A DNA stretch of 64,000 bases from the NCBI GenBank assembly GCA_951406725.2, contig OX597814.1, forward strand, positions 17,670,001-17,734,000. The letters are read 5' to 3'. Positions 26,806 through 40,458 of the stretch are shown piece by piece (within the stretch, counting starts at the first letter, position 1; every line of letters starts with the position of its first letter). The DNA comes from Octopus vulgaris (taxonomy: Eukaryota). Below the pieces are notes generated by a model, which ran no database searches, was not told the origin of the DNA, and was given only the letters and a program-made list of their open reading frames with translations. Both the position numbers and the translations under genes were made by a program.

Positions 26806-27084
26806 GCATATTTCTAATGGCCAAGCCGGTTGTTGTTGTTGGTTCTGTTATCCATTTATTATCCACCAGTCTCTTTCTAACCGGATATATTGACATGCAC
26901 GGCTGTGATTTGTTATAACAGGACGGCCACCTTTAGATGGTCTACAACAACAGCAGCAGCAACAGCATTAACTACAACATTGCTGATTTCAAAAGGTGAC
27001 GGCGACGTAGACCACGAATCCAATGACGAAATCTGCTACGACCATACATGATGCTTCTCATCCAACTACTAAGAGTAATAATTC

Positions 27085-27285
27085 TTTCTACCCGAAATTT
27101 GGAGGCAGCACTTTCGAAAATTATATCGATCCCAGTAACTCAACTGGTATTTATTTTATCGACCCCCTAGAAAGATGAAAGGCAAAGTCGGCCTCGGTGC
27201 AATTTGAACTCTGAACGTAAAGATGGGAGAAATGCCGCTAGATCTTTTGCCTGGTGTGCTAACGATCCTCTCATCTCGACGCCTT
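27085..27285 (-). mobile_element. SINE family B, diverged
   Basis: tttatcgacccc...gatgaaaggcaaagtcggcctcggtgcaatttgaactctgaac...tgctaacgat. Confidence 0.8.
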
Positions 27286-27514
27286 ACGATTAGCAGTAAT
27301 AATGGTTTTAGTCATCGACGCATGCGCACACATTTAGAGAAAAATTGCAGGACACTTATACCTACCCTAGTACTTCACTGGTACTTAATTGACCTTCGGA
27401 TTGATGAAAAAAATATTTGATCACGGCGACTTGTTTAAAAATTAGGACTTAAAGATGAGATAGTCAACCTTCATCGAACCGACATGTAAGCAAAGGTATG
27501 CCAACCATGGCTAT

Positions 27515-27804
27515 GTTTGCTGTTTGTTCCTTCTCGAGTCATGCTTGGTTCATAAGGACCGGTTTCCCGGTTTCCTTGGCGTATAGGTTCCCCACCTGAA
27601 CGGGACGCCCGTCCGTCGCAGGTGAGCTGCAAGACGCAGGAGGAAAGAGTGAGAGAAAGTTGTGGCGAAAGAATCAGCAGAATTTCGCCATTACTTTCTG
27701 CCGGTGTTTCGCTCATAAACACACACATCGCCCGGTATGAGATTCGAACACGCGATCCCTCGACCGCGAGTCCGCTGCTCTAACCACTTGGCCATGTGCC
27801 TCCA
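27515..27804 (-). mobile_element. SINE family C, tail type 2, with a 13-bp target-site duplication
   Basis: TSD CAACCATGGCTAT at 27502-27514 and 27805-27817. tRNA-like head ggaggcacatggccaagtggttagagc...gttcgaatc. Confidence 0.93.
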
Positions 27805-28509
27805 CAACCATGGCTATCCCTCTATTTTAGAGATAACTCTGACTTTTTTCCCAACAACTCCCGGGTTTGTTAAGGCAATTGGTACAAATGCAATTCAGTA
27901 AGGAGAATGACGTAACTAAAGACGTCGCCATGTAATTGTTTGGGACGCCATTGTGAGTGCTATTCCACCATCGTTTTGCTACTACTACTACTAATAATAA
28001 TAATAAGAAGAAGAATACTAGCAACAAAATTATTTGTCACAATATCAATAAATACCAAAATATTGCAATAATCCCGACTAATCTCTTGGAATAATCTAGT
28101 TAGTACACAGGACGTCTTTATAATGTTTTCTTTTATTAATAATAATGTTGCAATTACTAATAATTCATATTGACTCAGCACAAAGGCTGAGATGTAGAGA
28201 GGGAAAGTGAGTTATGAGGACGCTAATGTAATCATATCATGATCATCTTTATAATTACCATATGGTCAGAATTGTTATCGTTAAAACGACTTGTCAATAA
28301 TGGAGCTGGTAATGAGGATGGTGATGGTAATAATGATTGCTATATTGGAGTGTGTGTGTGTGTTTATTTGTGTGTACACTTATATATGTATATTGACACA
28401 CACATACACACACACACATATATAGAGAGGAGGCGGAAAGACAGACACACACATACACACGCGTACGCATACATATAACTTACACATGCAACATACATAT
28501 GCAAATACT

Positions 28510-28935
28510 GGTAAAGCCGTGCGGTTAACAAGTTTGCATCGCAACCCACTGCTTCCGTATTAAATTCCATTAAATGACATGGCATTGTGGGTAATTTTGT
28601 TCTTGGCCTCCAATTGATCAGTACCACCTCTTTGAATTTGGTAGACAGAAACTGTGTGGAGGCCCGTTGTATACGCACACAGACACAAATACATATGTAA
28701 ATGTATGTTTTTGTGTGTGTTTGTGTGTGTGTGTGTTTGTGTGTTTACTGGCTCCCACCACCATCACTTGGCAACCGATGCTGGTTTGTTTACATCCCCG
28801 TAAATTAGATAAAAGAGACCGATAGAATACGTACCAGACTTTTAAAAAATAAGTATTGAGGTATATTTTTTCGACTAAACTTTTCAAGGCGGTGCCCCAG
28901 CATGACCGCTGTACGTGCAAAGAAACGCGTAAACG
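28510..28935 (+). mobile_element. SINE family A, old diverged copy
   Basis: atttggtagacagaaactg...gcccgttgtata, central (TG)n, aaagagaccgatagaata...ggcggtgccccagcatg. Confidence 0.75.
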
Positions 28936-29151
28936 GTAAAAAAAAAATACATATATACGTACATGTATATATATATATATCTGAGTATGTGTGTCTGTGA
29001 GTGTACATATCAAGCCCGTGTGTGTGTGTGTGTCCGTCTTAAAATGGAAACGATTGACTAACAATATAGGTCAACAGGCAAAAAAAAAAAAATCGATCAT
29101 GCTTGCATTAAAATAGTTACTTGTAACTCAAAAACTTGAATTTTGTTTTAC

Positions 29152-29383
29152 TTGTGCAGCTCTTTTGCTTATCCGCAGATAGATCCTTCGCTATCTGTAT
29201 AAACCCCCGACCAGTAATTCTCATTCATTTCGAGATTGACTCGAGTTTACGGCACAGATGATCTGAAATAACGGTGAAATATCGACATCTGTCGTTCTTG
29301 TTCACCGCTGGGCGATTTGTTTCGCCTGGTTTTGAGATATACCGTGTTTCTATTAAGCTCTTCCTCTGGTGGAAATATTGTAG
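29152..29383 (-). other. Candidate exon of an unidentified minus-strand transcript
   Basis: A strong acceptor (T-tract cttAG at 29384-29398) precedes about 230 bp of unique, CpG-containing sequence. One frame gives TIFPPEEELNRNTVYLKTRRNKSPSGEQERQMSIFHRYFRSSVP*. A weak donor CAA|GTAAAA lies at 29151. Confidence 0.3.
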
Positions 29384-29862
29384 CTAAGAAAAAAAAAATT
29401 GCGTCTAACTACACACACACATCAATCATGTGACATCGATAATGTTTCCAATATTTGAGCGGCTTCTAACTCGAAATTTGAATCTAGAAAATAGTTGCGA
29501 GGATGCTCAAGATTAGATTGATTTTCATCAGAGTATCACTGAAAGTTACAGTGTGGTCAAATAACAACAGTCCAGACGTGGATTTCCTTGATATTGGCGT
29601 CTTGCGCCAGGTAAACTCATTGAGAAGATCTGTAACGAAAGGCATTCTTGTAATATTTCCATCATTTTTCTCTGCATTGGGTAATCAAGATAATATTTAT
29701 TAAGCGAATTATCTAAAACAGTGAGGGTTGGATGCAACAGTTCTGAGGTAATGAACATTCTTGTACCGACTGAAAAAGGCCAGCAATTTCTAACGCCACT
29801 TTCCTCAAATTAATAGGGAGTTAGTATAACTGAATGTCCTTTATAAACATGGGCAAAGCCAC

Positions 29863-29896
<34 letters not shown>

Positions 29897-29952
29897 CCCT
29901 CTAGCTGTCAGAATGACGAAAGCAAGCAAGCAAGCAGAACCTTCGAAATCGC

Positions 29953-30072
29953 TCTTTTACTCTTTTACTTGTTTCAGTCAGTTGACTGTGGCCATACTGG
30001 AGCACCGCCTTTAGTCGAGCAAATCGACCCCAGGACTTATTGTTTATAAGCCTAGTGCTTATTCCATCGGTT
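29953..30072 (-). mobile_element. SINE family A 3' tail directly downstream of a 5S rRNA copy
   Basis: The minus strand reads accgatggaataagcactaggc...ggggtcgatttgctcgactaaaggcggtgctccag...gtaaaagagtaaaagag. Confidence 0.9.
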
Positions 30073-30081
30073 TTAGAAAGA

Positions 30082-30200
30082 CGTTTACAGCACCTAGGTT
30101 TTTCAAGCGGTCACCCATCTAAGTACTAACTAGGCTCGACGTTGCTTGACTTCGGTTATCGGACGAGAACCGGTGTTTTCAAAGTAATATGTCCGTCGCT
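30082..30200 (-). pseudogene. Full-length (about 119 nt) diverged 5S rRNA copy
   Basis: The minus strand reads ...acggacatattactttgaaaacaccggttctcgtccgataaccgaagtcaagcaacgtcgagcctagttagtacttagatgggtgaccgcttgaaaaacctaggtgctgtaaac, matching invertebrate 5S rRNA with multiple substitutions. It is a single dispersed copy. Confidence 0.93.
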
Positions 30201-30551
30201 GTTACTTTTTTTTATATATATAAAAGTCTGAGTTCGTGTGTGTTTATGACTACACATATACAAGGATACACACACATACGTATATATATACTATAGGCAT
30301 ACATGCTATAAATATATTAGTACCAGTAATATACTTCAATTCGAATCAGTCGAGAATTTCTACATCGTCTAGTAAATACAAAAGGCATTTGTATGTAAGA
30401 AAATAAATCAAACACTGCACATTGGTGCAGATGTTGTTGCAAGCGAAAGGAAAACGAATAAAGCGGCGAGAAATACAAAAAAAAAAGTGGAATGCGAGAA
30501 ACGGAGAGAGATAGGGGAGAGGAGAAAGAGAAAGAGCGACAGAGAGACAAT

Positions 30552-30596
<45 letters not shown>

Positions 30597-31909
30597 GGGA
30601 AGGGTAGAAGGAATGCGTTTTTTGTTTGCTTGTTTTTGTTTGTTTTTGTGAGGAATGCGTTATGAGTAGAAAACTGAAATATAAAGAGAATTATAAGATC
30701 AGCAGTGATTTCCTACCCTCTTTCTCCTTTCATTTCTCTCTAACTCTCTCTCTCTCTCTCTATCCCTCGCTCTTTCGCCTTCCTATCTCTCTATCACTCA
30801 TTCTGTGTGTTTGTGTGTGTGTGTATATATACAGCTGTGATTTCCAGATCACTGTGCATAAACGTGTAACAAAAATATGGTTTGTTTATTTTTTAATATT
30901 TTATTTTACTTTTTAGTGGGAGGGATATGTGTATGTTATCTATAGTTATGTTTTTGTTTGTTCTGCTTTTCTTCAAGTTAACATTAACATAATTAATAGA
31001 ACAGAACGCGTATTATTCTCGGTATATTATATATCTATATTTATATATGTATGTATGTTATGTGTCTGTGTGTGTCTGTGTGTGTGTGTGTCTGTGTATG
31101 TGTGTGTGTATGCTCATACATATAAATATTTAAACTAAGATATTTAGGTTGTAGCGTGTGTGCATGAATAAATGCAAACACTACACGGTAATTTAACCAA
31201 GAAATACTACGGACAAACACAGCCACATAAATATGCAGAAATAAACATTTAACCACACACACACACACACATACACACATACACACATACACACACTCAC
31301 ACATATACATATACAAGCGTACGTACGTACGTACATTCATAGATACATACATACTTGCGTACATGCGTTTATTACATATGTTCGTACGTACGCACATACG
31401 TAGCGTTTTCGGTTACGTTGACTTAACCTCCTGCGGTGATATAGCCTGTATGATTACGAGCGCAAACATAAGCACGCGCGCACACAAACAATTGAAAACA
31501 CACACACACACACAAACACACACGCACATATACACATACACGGACGTACGCTTACATGCATATACACACGTACTGACGGGCGCGCGGAAATACAGGGGCA
31601 CGCACAGACATAAACGCAAACACACTAGAGTATTACATGTGTAACGCGGGGTTTTTAAAAATGTAATTCAATAGAGAATATCTGCGCAATTAGTCGAGCA
31701 AACTCCCTCTAAAGCAACAAGCGCTGATAATTGTAATATACGCCAATCGAAAATGTTAGTAATGATAAACAACGGCGATCAGGATGTAATCTGGTCTTAA
31801 AAGCCAACTGGGGAAGCAAGCTGCTCTGTTCCAGCCTTATTACACCATCCTCGACCCAATGTGTCAGACATAGAACGGTTAATATATAAGACATAGAACA
31901 TTTAACATA

Positions 31910-32000
<91 letters not shown>

Positions 32001-32309
32001 GGTGTATGTATTGATTTTGAAATGTATACTGATACTCGGGAAAATATTTATAACTATATAAGTTTAGTTCGCTGGTGTAATTGGTAACACACTTATTCAC
32101 GTAAACAAAGGGATATGGGTTCGTGTTCCCACACGTACGAAAAAACCTACTTTTTTAGGCGTAGGAGTGGCTGTGTGGTAAGTAGCTTGCCTGATTATAT
32201 CGATCTGTTATTCCGAACCGCTAGATTATAAACAAACCAGCACCGGTTTGCAGGTGGTGTTGGGAGACAAACATAAAATGCACGCACACACACACACACA
32301 CACACACGC

Positions 32310-32410
32310 GTGAAGGCTTAATGGTTAGTGTGGCATAGAGGTTAGTGTATTTGGATCGCGATCGTAAGATTGTGAGTTCGATTCCCTACTTCGCGTTGTG
32401 TCCTGGAGCG
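32310..32410 (+). mobile_element. tRNA-like SINE head fragment (CORE-type family)
   Basis: tggcatagaggttag...cgcgatcgtaag...gagttcgattcc...gttgtgtcctggagc. A similar head is at 50400-50465. Confidence 0.6.
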
Positions 32411-32518
32411 CTCATCCGCTCACGGAGTGCCCAAAGCCAAGGTGTGATCGAGAGCGAACGAACCTGAAACCCCGTGCTTCAGAAGCAAACTTCTTAACCA
32501 CACACACGCACACAAACA

Positions 32519-32562
<44 letters not shown>

Positions 32563-32836
32563 TTCATATAGACATGCATAAATACAACTAGATAGATAGA
32601 CAGAAAGGTAGTTAACTCCTGCTAAGTTGATATAGTGCGGTATTCGTTCAGGCTGACAGTCATACAGATCGAATGACAGGCATTTTAAAGACATAACTCA
32701 TTCGCAAATATGCAAATATTGGTGCATGTACGTAGCTATGCATATGTAGTATTTGATACTTCGTATCTGAGGAATATACAAACATACATTTGCACAGACA
32801 AACGTGCTTAGACACACACACTGGCTCATGCAAAGA

Positions 32837-32941
<105 letters not shown>

Positions 32942-33014
32942 TATATACAGAGAGATAGATAGGTAGATACATACATACATATACATACATATGCATACAT
33001 ACATACATACTCAC

Positions 33015-33051
<37 letters not shown>

Positions 33052-33105
33052 AACACAACACATATATGAGACACACATTATGTTCAATACATACACGTAT
33101 ATCTA

Positions 33106-33184
<79 letters not shown>

Positions 33185-33243
33185 AATATGGAGAATGAGA
33201 GAGAGAGAGAGAGAGACAGACACACACACACACACACAGATAT

Positions 33244-33302
<59 letters not shown>

Positions 33303-33655
33303 TTTCTATTCACACACATTCAAAAGCACGCCGCAGCTTTACAATATAATTATATGTTATATGTAGGTGCGTGCAAATAGGCGATATAAACAGCTTCGAA
33401 GAATGCTCAGCAATGCTTCGCTTTTTATGGCCACGTTTGTAAGACTAACAACATAACACGTTTGAACTTTACAGCTGTGATGTGTGAGACCCTGTTTCAC
33501 ATATTCTCATATTCTCAGAATACCTAAATCAATGCAGAAGATGCAACAGATTCAACTTAGCGCTGTCTGCTCTCTTGGCATTATAATTCTTTGAAATTAC
33601 TATCATCATCATCATCATCATAGTTGTTGTTATTGTTGTTGTTGTTATACAATTA

Positions 33656-34230
33656 GGCGAGCTGGCACAATCGTTAGCACGCTGGGCGAAATGCTTAGCG
33701 GTAGTTTGTCTGTCGCTACGTTCTGAGTTCAAATTCCGCCGAGGTCGACTTTGCCTTTTATCCTTTCGGGGTCGATAAATTAAGTAACAGTCAAGTGCTG
33801 CGGTCAATGTGATCGATTGTCCTCTCCCCGCAAAAGTTAGGCCTTGTACTTATAGTAGAAACGATCGTTATTATTGTTGTTGTTGTTATGCAAGGAGGCT
33901 TAGCCGTATTTCGTCAATTTGCACGTTCTGAGTTCAAATTCCACCGAGCCCAGATTTGCCTTTCATCCTTTCGGGGTCGATAAATTAAGTACCAGTTGTG
34001 CACTGTGGTCGATGTAATCGACGTTTCATCTCCCCTGAAATTGCTGGCCTTCTGTCAAAATTTGAAACCATCATCGTCATCATCATCATCATCATCATCA
34101 TCATTGACTTTGCCTTACATCCTTTCGGGGTCGATAAATTAAGTACCAGTTGTGGTCTGCGATCGCTGTAATCAACTAGATCCCTCCATACAAATTTCAG
34201 GTCTTGTGCTTATAGTAGAAAGGATTATTA
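33656..34230 (+). mobile_element. Cluster of three same-orientation SINE family B copies separated by trinucleotide repeats
   Basis: Copies at about 33656-33867, 33900-34070 and 34105-34225 each contain catcctttcggggtcgataaattaagta. Spacers are (GTT)n, (CAT)n and (ATT)n. Confidence 0.88.
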
Positions 34231-34399
34231 TTATTATTTGACATTCGTAGTTTCAGGCAAATTTCTACTGTAACATCTCCGTGTTGCTGATGTCTATTTA
34301 GAATTGTGTATTCATTTTTTCTGTAGAGGAGAGTGCAAACTCTTGCCAGTATTGTATTGCATCAGTTTGTTTTGACATCGGGTTTGGTTGCAGTCTTTT

Positions 34400-34710
34400 T
34401 CGTATTAGTCTTTGTATTATATGTTGAGTGAATCGTATCCAGGTATGGGTGGCTTATCTGTTATTCCTTGAAGAAATTTATCCAGATTCCGTTTAAAGGT
34501 AATGGGATCCTTTCCCCTTTGATCTCTTTCGGGGATAATGTTAAATAGGACAGGGCCTGTTGAAGAAAAGAAATTGTGTTGCAGTGTATTTATGTGCTGT
34601 GATCCTGAATTAGACAGGGGATGTATAACCCATGGCCTTAGCCTTGGATGAATTTTGAAGCTAATGTTGAGGTCGTTTAGGCAATGGTGGAGGTATATTC
34701 TCCACACATG
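34400..34710 (-). mobile_element. CR1/L2-group LINE fragment, C-terminal end of ORF2
   Basis: ORF 34417-34707 contains ...FSSTGPVLFNIIP...FKRNLDKFLQGITDKPPIPGY, typical of the post-RT C-terminus of CR1-group LINEs. Confidence 0.75.
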
Positions 34711-34724
34711 ATAGGCTTTTTTTT

Positions 34725-34872
34725 TTAGTTTCTGTCAACGAAATCCACTCATAATGCCTCCGTCGGCCTGGGGCACCTTTTGAAAATAGCTGCCCAAAAT
34801 GACTAACAGTGAGACTGAAACTGGAACCATGTGGTTGGGAAGCGAACTACTTACCACTAAGGCACGCCTGTG
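34725..34872 (-). mobile_element. SINE family A 5' half
   Basis: aaatccactca...gactgaaactggaaccatgtggttgggaagcgaactacttaccac. Confidence 0.8.
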
Positions 34873-34943
34873 ACTACACACACACACATCCTTACTTACA
34901 AATAAAAACATATGTAACATATACAAATAGAAATGACTAGGCA

Positions 34944-35027
<84 letters not shown>

Positions 35028-35370
35028 AGCACACATACACGCATATAACGTCATCGTCATAGGCACATTCTCCATAGGTTTTAGATAAGAGCTAATGAAA
35101 AACAAACATAAAGACAAACCGCAAATTGTAACAACCAGAGCCAGAAAAACAGCAACACGACCAACAACAATACAGTAACAACGAGAATAAGCTTAACAAA
35201 GAAACAAGAAAATCGTACAGCTCTTTAAAATATATCTCTTAGTGATGATGGACGTCTTTCTGTCTTGTTATCAACGTTTCTTTCTATATTTTATCTTTAT
35301 TTGTTTTACAGTTACTTTGACAACTGTCAATCTGTTTCACTTCACACAATCTAATCTAATCGGTGCATCC

Positions 35371-35502
<132 letters not shown>

Positions 35503-35563
35503 CTATCTGTCTGTCTGTCTGTCTATTCTGTTTGTCTGTTTATCTGTCAATCTGTTTCTGCTT

Positions 35564-35614
<51 letters not shown>

Positions 35615-35818
35615 TGCTTTCTGTCTGTCTCTCTCATACATACGTACATATATACATTATAATATAAATGCACATATGAAAGACTAAGATATATCATTAC
35701 ATAGATAGATATATGTGTGTACGTGTGTGTATGTGTGCGTGTATTGTATGTGTGCAAATATATATATATACATGTATATGTATATGCATATATACATACA
35801 TATATATATATATGTATG

Positions 35819-35856
<38 letters not shown>

Positions 35857-35859
<3 letters not shown>

Positions 35860-36050
35860 TTGTGTGTTTCCATCACCGTCACTTGACAACCGATGTTGGT
35901 GTGTTTACGTTCCCGTAAATTAGCGGTTCGGCAAAATAGACCGATAGAATAAGTACTAGGCTTACAAAGAATAAATCCTGGGGCCGAATTTGTTCGACCA
36001 AAGACGGTGCTCCAGTATGACCGCAGTCAAGTGACTGAAACAAATAAAAA

Positions 36051-36053
<3 letters not shown>
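35857..36053 (+). mobile_element. SINE family A 3' half
   Basis: cttgacaaccgatgttggtgtgtttacg...gaataagtactaggcttacaaagaata...gactgaaacaaataaaaag. Confidence 0.88.
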
Positions 36054-36113
<60 letters not shown>

Positions 36114-36562
36114 AATATATAGATATAGATATAGATATATATATATAAATATATATAAGATATTTTTATATTCTCACGCACACATACACACACATATGCG
36201 CCTATGAGAATATGTGTGTACACATATACATTCATACATACATATTTGCATACTTCCATATTTATATACATAGAAAAAGAGGAGTGTGCCAGAGGGAAAG
36301 TAACACTGCGTGAGACCACCTCTCCGCTGACCTATGTATTTCTAGACTTATCAATCAGTTTATTGTCTATCCCCGACCTCGTACACATTCCCCCCTTCAC
36401 ACACACACACATACACATCACCGTATATACATCGAGCCATTTGTCTATTTGTTATTTCTTTCTTTCGATCTACGTATTAATCGATACAAATATGCATACT
36501 AGCATGCTTGAGCAATATGTGTAAATATTCATGTGTGAGTGTGTGTGTATGTGTGTGAGTGT

Positions 36563-36611
<49 letters not shown>

Positions 36612-36899
36612 TGTATGTATCTTATAACAGGTTTTTGAAGGGAATGTACTATCAATGAACAAGCAATGTCTATCTCAGACTATATAGGGAATTTAAGCCT
36701 ATGTATGTGTTTGTATGTATGTGTATACACATACACACACGCACACACACACACACATATATATATATGTGTGTGTGTGTATATGTATGTATATATATAT
36801 AATTGTAAGTACATATGTATATGTATATATGTATTTCTATGAATATATGTATATATATGCATACGTACATACATACATATACATATGTATGTATGTATG

Positions 36900-36947
<48 letters not shown>

Positions 36948-37206
36948 CCCTATCTGTATATGTATGTATGTATGAATACATGTATATATATATAAATACA
37001 CACACACATATATATATATGTGAGTGTGTGTGTGTACATATGGCTGTATGGGCTTCCATAATGGTTCTTTTCTCTATATTCTATTTAAGAACAAATATAT
37101 AGAAATATATTGGTGGAAGATCTCACAAATGATTGCACATTTGCATATATAAATCTGAATGCGTCTGCAGTCCTTCTTCTTCTCCCTCACTCTACATATG
37201 CATATA

Positions 37207-37319
<113 letters not shown>

Positions 37320-37493
37320 CACACACACACACACACAGACACACACATACACACACACACACACACCTCAAACATGTGCATGCATGTAGGTTTCTCAGCA
37401 GGAAATGCCGTTGATTGTTATATTAATTTGATATTGTCATTCGTTCTTCATTTGATAATCTATTTTCTAGAATTCTGAACATATATATTCATA

Positions 37494-37545
<52 letters not shown>

Positions 37546-37617
37546 TGCATATATGTGTGTGTGCATGTGTGAGATGCATGTTTATATATACACACACACA
37601 CACACACACACATACAT

Positions 37618-37654
<37 letters not shown>

Positions 37655-37764
37655 CAAACACGTACAGTTTGGGGCGAAAGAACATTTCTTTTTATTTCTC
37701 TCAAATTGGACAAAATATATAAAATAAGGATGAATATACATGTACTTGTACGGGATGTACAAAA

Positions 37765-37766
37765 TG

Positions 37767-37830
<64 letters not shown>

Positions 37831-37836
37831 CAACAA

Positions 37837-37887
<51 letters not shown>

Positions 37888-37922
37888 AATGATAATGATG
37901 ATGATGATGATAATAATAATAA
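37765..37922. repeat. Compound (AAT)n(AGT)n(GAT)n microsatellite
   Basis: Read directly from the sequence. Confidence 0.95.
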
Positions 37923-38432
37923 CGTAAATAAAATTGTTTTGGTGCGTGACATCTGGACCACACTGTATATAAGCATTTATATTCACATGCTAATATTTTT
38001 GTGTAAAAACTTACGTATGTGTGTGTATCCATGAAGGAAATAATAAGCGTTGTTTCATAACAATACCTGTAGAGATCAAAAAATACTGCTATAAAATTAA
38101 AACATATACAAAGACGATACCTATAAGTATTCTTCTACATATATCACATGTAAACATTCATATATGTAATTTATTCACGCACATATGTATGCATTCAAGC
38201 ATAAGTGTGTTTATCTATGTGAATATTTATGATGATATCGATGCTTTATTGACCTCTGCATGCATAATCGATAAAAAAAATTATACTTTAAGTATTTGTA
38301 TGCTAGCACAGATTCACATAAACGCACAGGTATATGTAGGATCATTCACACCACATGTAATCTATGTATTTTTATATGTATGCATATAGATACTTAGGAA
38401 CATACATTAATATATACAAACATTACAGACAT

Positions 38433-38474
<42 letters not shown>

Positions 38475-38741
38475 TATAAACATATGCATATATATATACA
38501 TATAGATGTATATATACATATATACACACACATATAGATGTATATATACATACATACACACACACACACTCACACACATGTATATATATATATGCATTAA
38601 ATTCATACAAACACAGATGTATACACATATATGTACACATGCAATATATACTTTTTAAAACCTGAGCTTGAAGCAGATAAATCGATGAATAATAACGTGT
38701 AAATATTGGGTCACAAACATTATTCGTACATATATACATAC

Positions 38742-38822
<81 letters not shown>

Positions 38823-38864
38823 GAATTCACAAAAACAACAAAACACGGTGGCAGGTGGTGTAGG

Positions 38865-38907
<43 letters not shown>

Positions 38908-38930
38908 TATATATATAAATACATACATAA

Positions 38931-39004
<74 letters not shown>

Positions 39005-39005
<1 letters not shown>

Positions 39006-39165
39006 TGCAGGACGTCACCATAAGTAAACAACATGAAAAATGAAAACAAATGAGTTTAGTACAAAAGCAACAAATGGAAAACAGGACAAGTAACATAAAG
39101 AACGACCCTTCATAAGTCGTCGGCTGTCTATCTACTCCGTATATCGCGTATTGCTCGAAAATGAG
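39005..39165 (-). mobile_element. Dispersed repeat fragment, possibly Penelope-like
   Basis: Shares about 100 bp with 4762-4860. The minus strand contains a degenerate CTTATGAAGGG (CTGATGAAG-like). Confidence 0.5.
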
Positions 39166-39223
39166 TAGTACATATGTGTGGGTATGTGTGGGTATGTGTG
39201 TATATATATATTCATATATGTAA

Positions 39224-39402
39224 TTCGTCTGCCGTTACGTTCTGAGTTCAAATTCCGCCGAGGTCGACTTTGCCTTTTATCCTTTCGGGGTCGATAAATT
39301 AAGTACCAGTCACGCATTAGGGGTCGATGGAATCGACTTAATACCTTTGTCTGTCCTTGTTTGTCCCCTCTGTGTTTAGCCCCTTGTGGGTAGTAAAGAA
39401 AT
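39224..39402 (+). mobile_element. SINE family B, 5'-truncated, tail type 1
   Basis: Near-consensus match to 50979-51209. Confidence 0.92.
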
Positions 39403-39967
39403 AAATATATATATATATTCATATATGTATGTGTGTGTGTGTGTGTATTTATGGGGGTGCTGTTTCTATATGCATGTGTGTGTATATATATATGTGTGTG
39501 TGTAGTCTGTGTCTGTACGTATGCATATGTTTATTCCTGCACACGTCCATATACATGTATTTATAAATTTGCATTATTATGGCAATACATACTCTTATCG
39601 ACAGTATATATATATGTGTGTATTGCTATGAAATTCAGGTCAGACAGTATAATCATTTTGTTATTATAAATTCTTGTACAAGCGTAGTTGCCCTTGAATT
39701 TGGTAATTCATGTTGTGTTAATGGAGTGTAGTTTCATTGTTCGCCTGGCCTAGTTAGGTAATTAGCTAGATTCTCTGTTTCTTTTATTCCCTCTCTCTTT
39801 CCCTTACTCTCTCTCTCTCTCTCTCTCTCTGTATCTTTCTTTGTTTTTCTCTCTTCAAGTCGCTCTTTCTTCCCCCTCTCCCTCCACATTCTCTCTGTTT
39901 CTCTCTCCAGCTGTAGGTATATCATGTCTAGCAGGACGATCTATGATAACTGCTGCAAAAATTAGGC

Positions 39968-40120
<153 letters not shown>

Positions 40121-40191
40121 TGTGTATGTATGTATATATATGTATATGTATGTATATGTATATTTAGACATACAAGCACACACACGCATGT

Positions 40192-40289
<98 letters not shown>

Positions 40290-40351
40290 TTGAATAGTAG
40301 CAGACAGACAGACAGATAGATAGAGGGATAGAAAGATAGAGGGAGAGAGAC

Positions 40352-40458
<107 letters not shown>

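Noticed and set aside
26840-26930. miR-2-like seed (AATCACAGCC, minus strand) with partial fold-back
   Set aside because: The rest of the mature sequence does not match, it would be on the wrong arm and the stem is discontinuous.
33656-34230. Repeated ~30-bp motif with variable spacers, superficially CRISPR-like
   Set aside because: The repeats are internal parts of dispersed SINE copies with irregular spacing, in a eukaryotic context with no cas genes.
34858-34867. TAAGGCACGC, matching the start of miR-124
   Set aside because: Only 10 nt match, it lies inside a SINE head and there is no hairpin.
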